Below are positions 38,132 through 51,828 of a stretch of 64,000 bases of DNA, in pieces (position 1 is the stretch's first letter; every line of letters starts with the position of its first letter). Both the position numbers and the translations under genes were made by a program. The DNA is taken from assembly GCF_006345805.1 (NCBI RefSeq), contig NC_043000.1:17174001-17238000 (forward strand), written 5' to 3'. Source of the DNA: Octopus sinensis (Eukaryota). The notes below the pieces were generated by a model. That model worked only from the letters and a program-made list of their open reading frames with translations, did not search any database and had not been told where the DNA came from.

Positions 38132-38540
38132 ACACACACACATATATATATATATATTTCAAATACGCCAGCTAAGTTGAACTGTCTAAAGTCGAAAGAC
38201 GCCTGTTGTTTTTGTCCTGTTATTATTATTATTATTATTATTATTGCTTTTTGTATTTATATTCGTATTACTTGTTGTTTTTGTATTTATATTCGTGTGG
38301 CATCGTCCGTTTTTCTGTTCTTGTTTCGTATACATTCGATCCTTTTTCCAATAAATCTAAAGCTCGTAGCTTAGTTTTTCCTTGGGGCTGGCCGGATCGG
38401 AGCGATCTCAAGATTAATCAGCCGAAATTGCGAGGATGATCCGGTTCTTGACTGAAGATTCTTGACTGAAGATGACCCGTCCGTTTTTTGTGTCGTCTAT
38501 TTGAATGTTTTGTGTTCTTGTCCCATTTTGTATTTATATA

Positions 38541-38581
<41 letters not shown>

Positions 38582-38636
38582 TGATAGATCGTTAGCCACT
38601 AACAAATTTTTTTCTCTCCTTGTTTTTTCTGTGTAC

Positions 38637-38672
38637 CTTTCTGTCGAAGAGCGTAGGCTCGAAACGTAAAAG
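38637..38672 (+). ncRNA. Minimal type I hammerhead-like motif (A6U)
   Basis: CTTT-CTGTCGA-a-GAGC-gtag-GCTC-GAAAC-GTA^AAAG, within a ~38583-38767 element in (TA)n. Confidence 0.5.
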
Positions 38673-38766
38673 ACTTTTTCTATTCCTGAGCGCTATACTA
38701 ATACATCTGTTTGTTTGTACACCACCTGCCTTCGTCTTTTGTTTATTTTCATAAACTTTCCCTTTA

Positions 38767-38802
<36 letters not shown>

Positions 38803-38821
38803 TATATATATATATATATAT

Positions 38822-38854
<33 letters not shown>

Positions 38855-38908
38855 TGGTGTATATATAAGATATATAGATATATAGATATAGATATATGTA
38901 TATGTATG

Positions 38909-38941
<33 letters not shown>

Positions 38942-38966
38942 TGTTATATATATATATATATATATG

Positions 38967-39001
<35 letters not shown>

Positions 39002-39044
39002 AATATATCTGTGTGTGTATGTGTTGTGTGTATGTACGTGTGTG

Positions 39045-39240
39045 TATTGTTTGTGTGTCTATGTTTGTCTCCCCGACATCGCTTGAAAATCGATGCTGAT
39101 GCGTTCACGTCCCCATAACTTAGCGTTTCAACAAAAGAGACCGATAGAATAAGTACCAGGCTTACAAAGAGTAATTCCTGGAGTCGATTTGCTCGACTAA
39201 AGGCCACTGTCAAATGACTGAAACAAGTAAAAGAATAAAA
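39045..39240 (+). mobile_element. SINE family A, 3' half
   Basis: gtttgtctccccgacatcgcttga...aaatgactgaaacaagtaaaagaata. Confidence 0.78.
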
Positions 39241-39758
39241 GAATATGCATGCACAGCATATTATTTTAAATGGAATCTATGTTAACAATCTACAACCTAA
39301 ATCTTGCATGTTCACGATGTCAACAATTATTCAATTACGATAAAAGTCATAAATACAGCATTTTTGAACGATTCAGCTGTAAAGGCGGCGTGCTATGTGA
39401 TTTTAATTCTCGTTGAATAAATTGTTGGCAGTCGTCAGCATGGAACCATGGGTTCTTGAATATTATCATAAATTCTATTGAAAAGAATCATCTATTTTTT
39501 CGTTGTTCAGTACTCGTTCTTCCACGTTCGTTACAGGTGTGTGTGTGTGTGTGTGTGTATGTGCGCATGCGCGTGCGCGTCTATGCATATATGTATGTGT
39601 GTTTGTGCATATATGTTTGTATGTATGTATGTGTATGTATGTATGTATATATATATATATACATAACACACACACACATATATATACACATATATATATA
39701 TGTGTGTGTATGTATATATATATATATATATCTACATACATATATGTGTAGTGTACAT

Positions 39759-39790
<32 letters not shown>

Positions 39791-40374
39791 CATACATATA
39801 TATGTATGTATGTATATATATATATATATATAAATATATTAGCAATAATAAATCTCTGAGCGAGGTATATTTCACGATGTGTATATATATATATATATAG
39901 ACACACACAAACATACATATTCGTGTGTATGTGTATGTATGTTTGTATGTATGAATGCGTGTATGTCTGTGTATGTGTGGGTGTGTATGATTAGAGGGAG
40001 AGAAGGAGAGAAAGAGAGAGAGAGAGTGTGAGTTAGGCGTGTTTCTCTATTTGGTGGATTTCCTATGGCTATTATTTATACCATCCTATATTAGTGTGCA
40101 TAATTGCGGCTAAACATATACATCTAATTAACAAATTATATCATTGAATATGTACATGTGTGTGTATGTGTGTGTGAGTGTGTGTATGTGTGTGTGTGAC
40201 AGAGAGAGTGTGCGGATGTATATATATATATATGTGCGTGTGTGTATATACCTACATGTATATATGTATATGTATATGTATATATCTCTACGTGTCTATG
40301 TATATATCTATCCCCAGGTGGAGCTATCAAGTTAGACATGACCTGGGCCAATTCTGGCCGAAACTTGTCAAAGC

Positions 40375-40765
<391 letters not shown>

Positions 40766-40784
40766 TAAGTATCTACCTATGAGT

Positions 40785-40815
<31 letters not shown>

Positions 40816-41431
40816 CTATATATATACATATATATTATATGTGTGTGTGTGTGTGTGTATAAACGTGAGTGTGTATGTGTTCGTAAGAAGTAAGTACACG
40901 CATTCTGTGAGTGTATCTGTGCGAATGTGTGTTGGATGTGTGCAGGTATAATATAGGAGTGCAGGTAAGTATGCAGATATGTAATTAGCCATTAACTCCA
41001 AAGAGTTGCTCACTTTACCGAGTACCAACAGCATGTCTCACCGAATAAAACTCCTCTATGTCACCTGTCTGACATTGGTACGAAACTATTGATTAAGTGG
41101 AATTTGAAAATGCTATTTGTTTGTTCACGATATAAATCTCTTCTCTCAATCCACTGACCTGGTAACCTGTCTGTATGTCTGTCTACCTGCCTGCCTGTCT
41201 GTCTGTCTGCCCATCTCTCTCTCTCTCTCTCTCTGTCTGCTTGCCTGCCTACCTGTCTGCCTCTCTGTCTGCCCGACTGTCTGTCTCTCTAGTCGTCTGC
41301 CTTTCTGTCGCTGTCTCTCTCCACATCTCTTTCTCCCTGTCTCTCTCTCCTTCTCCCTGTCTCAATCTATATCTCTATTTTTCTTTTTCTTTTTTTTTTC
41401 TTGTTTCAGTCATTTGATTGCAGCCATGCTG

Positions 41432-41509
<78 letters not shown>

Positions 41510-41512
<3 letters not shown>

Positions 41513-42110
41513 ATTTCTTTATTGCCCACATGGGGCTAAACATAGAGGAGACAAACAAGGACAGACAAACGGATTAAGTCGATTACATCAACCCCAGTGC
41601 GTAACTGGTACTTAATTTATCGACACCGAAAGGATGAAAGACAAAGTCGACCTCGGCGGAATTTGAACTCAGAACGTAGTGGCAGACGAAGTACCTATTT
41701 CTATTTCTTTACTACCCACAAGGGGCTAAACACAGAGAGGGCAAACAAGGACAGACAAACGGATTAAGTCGATTACATCGACCCCAGTGCGTAACTGGTA
41801 CTTATTTAATCGACCCCGAAAGGATGAAAGGCAAAGTCAACCTCGACGGAATTTGAACTCAGAACGTAGCGGCAGACGAAATACCCATTTCTTTACTACC
41901 CACAGGGGGCTAAACACAGAGGGACAAACAAGGACAGACATAGGTATTAAGTCGATTACATCGACCCCAGTGCGTAACTGGTTCTTAATTTATCGACCCC
42001 GAAAAGATGAAAGGCAAAGTCGACCTCGGCGGAATTTGAACCCAGAACGTAACGGCAGACGAAATACCGCTAAGCATTTCACTCGACGTGTGCTAACGTT
42101 TCTGCCAGCT
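41510..42110 (-). mobile_element. SINE family C tandem trimer
   Basis: Three ~185-190-bp units, single head at ~42110, ends in (GATA)n on the minus strand. Confidence 0.85.
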
Positions 42111-42116
42111 TGCATG

Positions 42117-42149
<33 letters not shown>

Positions 42150-42150
42150 A

Positions 42151-42189
<39 letters not shown>

Positions 42190-42529
42190 GAATGACGAAG
42201 CCACCTGAGCATAATCTATGAACCAGAAATTGAAAAAGAGGGTTACCACTTGCAAACAAATGGTAACATATAACAATATTGACCAAGGTACCGTGGTCTT
42301 TTTCGTAGGCTTTTCTTCCACGGATAAACCTTACTTGCTTTCCCCTTACACCATACATCATGACACTGTGACACACGATCCCTATTGATCGTTTTCCCTC
42401 TCCCCCTTTTTTCTCTTTTTCTTCTTTTTTCATTTTTCTTTTTCTTTTTTCCCCTTTTTCTTTTTTCTTTTCCTTTTTTTCTTTTTCTTTTTTTCTTCCT
42501 TTTTTTCTCTTTTTCTTTTTTTTGTCTTG

Positions 42530-42660
42530 TTTCCTTTACGATCCCTTTTGATCGAAAACCTACGCCACCTTTTTTTTTTTTCCCCCAAAAGAAAAGCTCT
42601 ACCTTGTAATTTGTCCCATCTGTGTGGCCAATAAAGAAACTTATCTATCTATCTATCTAT
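42530..42660 (+). mobile_element. Non-LTR element 3' tail ending aataaagaaac(TATC)n
   Basis: Homologous reverse copy at ~53735-53965. Confidence 0.55.
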
Positions 42661-42768
42661 ATCTCTGTGTAGCTGTTCTTCGTATGTGTTCTGTCTCTGT
42701 CTGCCAGTTAGCTTCTCTCTTTCTTTCTTTCTGCCTCTCTTCGTCTGTCTGTCTTTCTCGCGTTTTCT

Positions 42769-42809
<41 letters not shown>

Positions 42810-43167
42810 AGTCTTTCCCTCTCTCCATTTCTGTTTGCTTGTCTGTCTGTCCCTCTACCCCTGTATGTCTGCCAGTCTGTTTTCCTGCCTCTATCCCCGC
42901 CGGCTTCTCTTTCTTTTTCTTCTTTTTCTCCCCATTCCCTCCATCTCTCTCTTTTACACATACGACGCACTCATCTTTACTCATTCTTCCTCAGTTAATG
43001 ACTGCCAGTATATCTCAGCGTCTTTCTTAATAACTGAAATCGTGTCTGCCTAAAAGTTAAAATTGCAGCCCAACAAATTTAGTGTAATGAATCATAACTA
43101 ATGCTTAATTAACTGAAATTAAACCGGCAATGAGAAGAAAGTTTATTAACGTTAACGACAATTTTGT

Positions 43168-43267
43168 NNNNNNNNNNNNNNNNNNNNNNNNNNNNNNNNN
43201 NNNNNNNNNNNNNNNNNNNNNNNNNNNNNNNNNNNNNNNNNNNNNNNNNNNNNNNNNNNNNNNNNNN
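43168..43267. other. Assembly gap (100 N)
   Basis: Run of N. Confidence 1.
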
Positions 43268-43779
43268 ATGTCCAAATGCATTGAGCTCGGTGGAAGTTCA
43301 TAGTTCGGATTAGACGACTGCCCATTCTGGTTGTGTTACTGGGCATAGATCCTATGTCCAGTCTTGTAAATCACATGACTCCTGAGAGTGATGCTGATCC
43401 GGTGGCTCTTGGCGCATAAGCCTCTTAAGGATTTGAAAGCGCTCTGGACGGTGCTGATTTTGGTTGTGGTGATTTCATAGTATGTCTTTAGCACTGATGT
43501 AGTAGAAAAAGTTCATTTTATTTATTTTATTTATTTAACAGTATCAGCGGCAAGCAGTGGTTAAGAGAAAATGAACTTAGGGTTAATTAAAATACGTCTG
43601 TGACATATTTTAACTTCTAAAGCTAAATTTACTAATGTTAACGTGGAGAAAAAATTATCCCTTATATTTATATTTATCCCGACCATCCGGTCGAATAGTG
43701 CAACTCAGTCACTGATGTTGGCCGCTTTTTAGTTAAAGCTACGGCTTTGAATCTGCCTAAGATTATCTCTCTTCGGTAT

Positions 43780-43824
43780 TTCCTATTGACGAAGGCTAAA
43801 GAGCCAGAAACGGCCATCTGGGAA
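43780..43824 (+). ncRNA. Type I hammerhead motif, slightly degenerate
   Basis: TTCCTA-TTGACGA-a-GGCT-aaag-AGCC-a-GAAAC-GGCC-ATC^TGGGAA; 6-bp stem I; palindromic loop III. Confidence 0.55.
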
Positions 43825-45026
43825 TCCGATATAGGGAAGCACTGGACTGATATGGTGTTTTTATACTTTTTGTCATAAGAGAGAATTATTTTTCTTCACA
43901 GTAACTGCAGGGTATTTGCCTTTAGAAGTTAAGATTTATCACAAGCATATTTTAACTAGCCCAAAGTTCATTTATCTATCTATTCCTTTATAGGACTCCT
44001 TCGGCCATGATTAACCATGGCCTATATCCTTATAGTGTTTATCATTAAGAAGCAGCGTTGTTTGTGGGTGAAAAGACAAATGCTGGAGTAATATTTTCCG
44101 TTGCAGAGATCACACCTAAATGAATTCATTGGCTTGCAGGTATTACTGTGCTACTTTCTGCGCGCCCGCTTTTACGCCACAGCATCCAACGCCTTCTCTT
44201 CTCCAATCTTCTGGTAGCAGTTCGGAATATCCTCTCCATCCCAACTGACCATCTGAAAAGCTGTAACAGGAATTTTTTGCAATGACGTTGCTAGTTAATT
44301 ACTCTTTCCGCTAAATCGTAGTAGAAAGAGTAACCAATTGCAAGAAGAGAACCATGAATATTTAAAATTGCGAACAAGTTTAAGTCATGACTCATACTCT
44401 GATATTTCAAGATAAACAGAAGAGTAATAGATTGTATTTACTGCAAATACAGATCAGTTGTGGTTTATACAACCTGGAAACTATTATGAAATATGTATTG
44501 AAATCCACAAAAATATCAAGTTAAAAACTGTAGAAAATAGAAGGCGCACAGACGAACTGCGGTCATCCAACGAAAGTATGCAATAAAGATAAGACTATTG
44601 AACAATAATGATTTTTTTTAAAATCTAACATAATATTCTTTCAGCCAGTTCTGTACATGGGGGTGTAATAACTTATGCGCTCTGTCTGCTGACAAAAATA
44701 TGGCGCCGAAGCTGGTTGTTGCGGTTCATCCAGAAACCACTTCAAAAGATATGCGGAGTTGCATAGTTTAATATAAAATTGTTTTCCAATATTTCTTGCG
44801 ATGTTTACTTGACCTATTTTAATAACCAGTAATTCGGTCGTTTATCCAACACCCATTAAGTAAATAACAGGTTTGGGTGATTGGAGTCGATGAACAAAGG
44901 AATCGATTAGTGAAAGTATTTGTAACCGTTTCTGTCAATCTAGTCTCTAAGATTTTGTTTAGTTTTGTGAAAGTTCTCAATAACGTTTTTACTAATCACA
45001 ATTAAATGCATGCATATGTGTATACG

Positions 45027-45669
45027 CGTACATACATACATACATACATACATACATACATACATACATACATACATACATACATTCATACATACATACA
45101 TACATACATACATACATACATCATACATACCTACATAACATCCATACCACTTAATACATACATACATTCATACATACATTCTACATACATACATACATAC
45201 ATACCTATATACATACATACATACATTCATACCTACATACATACATACATACATACATACACACACACACCCACATAATACTTCATACATACATACATAA
45301 TTCATACATACATCAACTCATACATACTCATACATACATACATACATACATACATACATACATACACCACACACACATACAACATACCTACACATACATA
45401 CATCATACATACAACATACATACATACATATTCATACATACATACATAATACATACATACTACATACATACATACATACACACACCACACACACATATAC
45501 ATACATACATACTACAACACACACACACACCACTACATACATGCATACATACATGGATGCTACTACATACATACATACATACTTACATACATACATTCAT
45601 ACATACATACATACATTCATACATACATACATAATTCATACATACATACATACATACATACTTACATAC

Positions 45670-45700
<31 letters not shown>

Positions 45701-45729
45701 CATACATACATTCATACTTACATACATAC

Positions 45730-45776
<47 letters not shown>

Positions 45777-45780
45777 TAAT

Positions 45781-45813
<33 letters not shown>

Positions 45814-46469
45814 TACATACATGCATACATACATGCATACATACATACATACATACATACATACATACATACATTCCTACATACATACTACATACATACA
45901 TACATACATACATACAATATACATACATACATACTACAATCATACTACATACATACATACATTCATACATACATACATAATTCATACATACATACATACA
46001 TACATACATACATACATACATACATACATTCATACATACATACATCTACATACATACATTACATACATACATACATACATACTACATACATACATATACA
46101 TACATATAACATACATACATACATCATACATTCATACATACATGCATACATACATACATACGTTCATATACAATCATCCTACATACATTCATACATATAT
46201 ACATACATACAATCATACATACATACATACATACATACATTCATACATACATACATATATACATACATACATACATTCATACATACATGCATACATACAT
46301 ACATACATTCATACATACATACATACATACATACATACATACATACATACATGTATACATACATACATACATTCATACATACATACATACATACATACAT
46401 AATACTTACATACATACATACATACATACAATCATACATACATACATACATACATTCATACATACATAC

Positions 46470-46500
<31 letters not shown>

Positions 46501-46525
46501 CATACATACATACGTACGTACGTAC
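45027..46525. repeat. ~1.5-kb degenerate (CATA)n array
   Basis: Direct reading. Confidence 0.93.
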
Positions 46526-46559
46526 GTACCTGTGTGTGTGTGTGTGTGTGCGCGCGCGC

Positions 46560-46632
<73 letters not shown>

Positions 46633-46797
46633 GTTGAACAGGAAGAACACAACGAGGAGAAAATGTAATACAAAAGCAGAGCAAACTAGACGGAAACTTA
46701 ACGGACGGGAAATTTAGACAAAAGACACAAGACACGGAAATTCGCAGCCGAGTTTTCCTCATCAGTCAATGACACAAAATATCATACTGGTTTCGCA

Positions 46798-46834
<37 letters not shown>

Positions 46835-46961
46835 ATATATATATATATATATATATATGGATATAAATAAATATTATATTAATTTAATATACATTTAAAA
46901 CCAGTAGTCTAGCATACAAAAAATCTGAGAAATCAGAGAAAATTCTAATATATTGTATATA

Positions 46962-47088
46962 GGCAGGGCAAGACTGCTAGGTAGTCGGCCGTATGCTAGA
47001 AATAGATCATCAACGATCAACTACAAGGAATGATCGTTGATGATCTGTTTCTAGCATACCGCCGACTTCCTAGCAGTCAAGCCCTGCC
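46962..47088. repeat. 58-bp-arm inverted repeat in (TA)n
   Basis: Arms 46962-47019/47031-47088, 11-nt loop, 5 mismatched positions. Confidence 0.88.
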
Positions 47089-47089
47089 A

Positions 47090-47120
<31 letters not shown>

Positions 47121-47121
47121 G

Positions 47122-47179
<58 letters not shown>

Positions 47180-47249
47180 TATACATATAATATATATATA
47201 TATACACATATATATACACATATATATATATATATATACATATATATAT

Positions 47250-47292
<43 letters not shown>

Positions 47293-47462
47293 TATATATA
47301 TATATATACATATATATACACACACACATATATATATATATAATATATATATATATATATACACATATATATATATATATACATATATATATACACACAC
47401 ACATATATTATATATATATATATATTATACACATATATATTATATATTATACATATATATAT

Positions 47463-47510
<48 letters not shown>

Positions 47511-47777
47511 GTATGTGCGTGTGTGTGTACGGAGGCCTCAAAAGACATTTTTAGATTCACAAAGGTCAGAACTTAACTGCAGTTCTTGGTGGTCCAAATC
47601 GGATATGCAGTTTATATGAGTGTCTTTTCAAAACATTGTCTGGTTTAAAAAGCCACGTTAGACGCCATGATAGTTCAAAGGTGTAGGTACAGGAGGTGGT
47701 CAAACTCTGCATAAGGAGTAGACAACCACCATATGTATATATATATTGAAAAGATAGAAAGATAGACAGACAGCTAA

Positions 47778-47871
<94 letters not shown>

Positions 47872-48112
47872 TTTAAATGCTTCAAATAAAAGCAGTAAGA
47901 TAAGACAAGGAGAGGCCAAACAAAAGGCTAACCAACCACTGGGGTCAGACAAGCGAAACACGAGACTGAAAAAGCATAGAAATATGAAATGAAAAGCAAC
48001 AATGGGACAAGTGTACAAAGAAACTAAAATACGCCAATGGAAGAAACAGAAAACCTTTATCTAAGAGAAAGAATGAAAAGAAGAGAAGCAAGAGAAAAAG
48101 AAAATATACTAT

Positions 48113-48278
48113 ATACGCAGGAGTGGCAGTGTGGTAAGTAGCTTGCTAACCAACCACATGGTTCCGGGTTCAGTCCCACTGCGTGGCATCTTGGGCAAGT
48201 GTCTTCTGCTATAGCCCCGGGCTGACCAATGCCTTGTGAGTGGATTTGGTAGACCGAAACTGAAAGAAGCCTGTCGTA

Positions 48279-48358
<80 letters not shown>

Positions 48359-48552
48359 GTCTCCCTAGCATTGCTTGACAACCGATGCTGGTGTGTTTAC
48401 GTCCCCGTCACTTAGCGGTTCGGCAAAAGAGAACGATAGAATAAGCACTGGGCTTACAAAGAATAAGTCCCGGGGTCGATTTGCTCGACTAAAGGCGGTG
48501 CTCCAGCATGGCCGCAGTCAAAATGACTGAAACAAGTAAAAGAGTAAAAGAG
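48113..48552 (+). mobile_element. SINE family A, full length
   Basis: High similarity to 20954 copy. Confidence 0.88.
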
Positions 48553-49422
48553 AAAAAAAAGAGTATACCAAATTTACGATGCCTGTTGTTAATTTGACAA
48601 ACCTGGTCAAACGATTATTAAACACATGTAACACCAACATAATGTGTTGAGTCCCACTTTCTTTCATTTGTTCATTCACTCGCATATAAATATGTGTGGG
48701 TGTATATAATATACATATATGTTATTGCCATTATTGTTGTTGTGATTGGAGTTAACGACCAGCTTATCATAATATTACTTTTTAAAATATTTCAAAGTTA
48801 GTATTTAAATTGAAGACAAAGACTAAAAGCAAACATCGTACAGATACATCTATCTTCCCCTGTCCTTTATGTACAGATACATCTATCACCCACTCTCCTT
48901 AATATTTTACGTGTATAAAAATTTACCCCTGTTCCACCTTCTGGGTAGACTGTGCCACCCACTTTGAGAATCATTGGACTAAAGAGTGTTACACTTTTAT
49001 CGTTCGCATGCTATAGATGGTTTTGCTATTTAAACAGATAAAACGTTCTCTGTAATGTGTCTATTTTATTTATAAACAAAATAAACAGTCATTTTAACGT
49101 GATATTCATTTTATACGATGATACTGAAGTTCTTGTCACCCTGTTATTTAATACATTATTTATTGCTGGTAAAGTGTTGTCTGTTGGTGTAGCAGTGGTC
49201 AGCATTCGAAACCCGATCGGTTTTGTAATGAGAAACGGGCCAAAGTATATTAGTCTCCATATTTGGTTATAACGTTCCTTATCAATTGATCTTAGCCTAG
49301 ATTTCAGCCAGTCGTTGTTCTGGCGTATTTGTATGATCGCGTGATCAAGTGGAAAATTCCGTGCAGTTCTGCGCCAATTCATGGTTATAAATTGAGATGC
49401 ACGGGTAACACAGCGCAGAGAG

Positions 49423-49467
<45 letters not shown>

Positions 49468-50291
49468 CACGCACTCGCAGAGGACGGTAATGGTTTTCTT
49501 GTTCAACTGACAGCCATATCTTTTAATACGAGATCAGTCTGATTTCGTGTTCAAAGAACTCTCGACAAACCTCATCTTTTGCCAAGCATTCATTTCCTCT
49601 TCTCGCCATGCGTAAAATTTTCTATCGCCAAGCATACTTTCTAACCTCTTGCCGAGCATACATTCTCATCTCTCACCAAACACGAACACACGCCAGCTAT
49701 CGGTATTCGTCATAACGGCTAATGTAAACTATCTATTGTAACATCTATCAGTAAATAGACATGTTAATAAAATCTAAATATGATTGGTTTTATATGGGAG
49801 CAGCACGCAGCCAGAGCAAATAATGCAGCTCCCAGCTAACCAATGCGACACTGGTATGTCACTACAGAATGCAACTGAAAGATGCCACAGTCAATATCGT
49901 TGCTAAATGTGTAACTAAGGGGGCCAATGGTGTAGCTATTAGGAGGAGAAGGGGACGATCGCTCTCCCGAGCATTTTTCGAAGTTGGCGCTTTTTCAACA
50001 ATTTTTCTAACTCTTTAGTCGAATCTCTATATTTTTGTTATTTGTATGGTCATGGAAGAACGTTCTGGAGTCATTACTTTATTTAACCAACCTCCCGTGT
50101 TTTTGAACTGTCTGCTCGATCTCTTGTGATGAGTCGGTGGCCACTGACATCTGAAGAACCAAAACAAACCCTGATGTCATAACCACTCGACAGTGGACCA
50201 TCCTGTCGAGTTTCATCTTTTTCATGTCACATCTATATTAGTAGTTGCAAATTTCATGCATAATGACATTGTTAACGAAACAAGAAATTAA

Positions 50292-50573
50292 CCCCTTACC
50301 CAACAATTATTTTGAAAATAATGTTTTGATTGGTGATTTCGAGGTATATTTCAAACCTTATTTATTATGAATTTTAATTCAATAATATTGATTTTTAAAT
50401 TACCGCTTTGGGCAGAAACGAGTTAACCCGTTTTCTTCATAAATCATATTACTTTTACAAAAAACCATGTTATTTTATTTTGGCGAGTCTATCTTTTGAC
50501 GAGTTAACTCGCCAGAGATAGAAAAAAACGATTTCGGTCAAAACGCATATATTCGTTTCTGCCGGGTAAGGGG
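50292..50573. mobile_element. piggyBac-like MITE
   Basis: TTAA at 50288-50291 and 50574-50577; perfect 10-bp TIR CCCCTTACCC/GGGTAAGGGG. Confidence 0.6.
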
Positions 50574-51183
50574 TTAATGAATGTAAAATACAATTATGTA
50601 TATCATAACTAATGAAATATTCAAGTAATATAAGAGAAATGAGTTAGAAATTGTTTGTTATGTGTCACAACACCTTTTTTTTTTTCATGTGCGCGCTCCC
50701 GCTAACCTTAGAACCTGGCTACGCCTCTGATAAGGGTAATTACTAAATGTAACTTTTAAGCGTCACAGTCAAGTGTAACAGCTAAAAGCATCATTGTTAA
50801 ATGTAACTGTTAAATGTTACTATTAAGCTTATGATTGCTAAGAGTAAATGCTAAATGTATAATTTATAAACAAAACTGGTAAACATGTTACTGTTAAGCA
50901 TAACTTTGAAGTGAAAAGGCTAAGTGCCATAGCTGAGTGTAATCGCTGTCTGTAACTCTTAAATATACAATTGTTTAGTGTCACTACTTAGTGTAACTGC
51001 TAAGTGTGAGCTAACCACTTCATGTTGCTACAAATTACCGTAGACAAGAGTCACTCACTACTAAACCTGTCATTCCGAAATACTAAGTGTATAATTGTTA
51101 AGTATAACTGTTAAGATTCCATTGCAAGGCATTGCTGCTAATTTCCACAGCCAATAGTCACTAACCTGTCACTCCTAAATGTA

Positions 51184-51567
51184 GTAGAGGCGCAATGGCC
51201 CAGTGGTTAGGGCAGCGGACTCGTGGTCGTAGGATCGCGGTTTCGATTCCCAGACCGGGCGTTGAGAGTGTTTATTGAGCGAAAACACCTAAAGCTCCAC
51301 GAGGCTCCGGCAGGGATGGTGGTGATCCCTGCTGTACTCCTTCACCACAACTTTCTCTCACTCTTACTTCCTGTTTCTGTTGTACCTGTATTTCAAGGGG
51401 CCGGCCTTGTCACTCTCTGTGTCACGCTGAGTATCCCCGAGACTAACGTTAAGGGTACACGTGTCTGTGGAGTGCTCAGCCACTTACACGTTAATTTCAC
51501 GAGCAGGCTGTTCCGTTGATTCGGATCAACCGGAACCCTCATCGTCGTAACCGACGGAGTGCTTCCA
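51184..51567 (+). mobile_element. SINE family B with 13-bp TSD
   Basis: TSD ACTCCTAAATGTA at 51171-51183 and 51568-51580. Confidence 0.93.
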
Positions 51568-51828
51568 ACTCCTAAATGTAAATTGTAAATTCATATAATT
51601 GTAAATTCATATAAGGACAGTTACCAAGTGTCGTTGTCAAATCTCACTGAAGTTTGTTACCATCACTGAGAAATATATTCGTACGAAAAGTAAATACCAA
51701 GTGTTTCTGACTACCAGATGTAACGACCAGTATCACTCGAAATTTAAGCAACTAAATGTTACAGCCTAATGTAACTGATTTTGTGACTGGTTAATATGTC
51801 CGAGTGGTTATTAACCTCATTTGTCAAC

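Noticed and set aside
46962-47088. Hammerhead reading of the 58-bp hairpin (CTGCTAG...GAAAC)
   Set aside because: Core deviates at three positions and there is no UH site in register.
49927-50730. Possible MITE with G(G/T)CGTAGC-type termini
   Set aside because: Left end too degenerate; no TSD.
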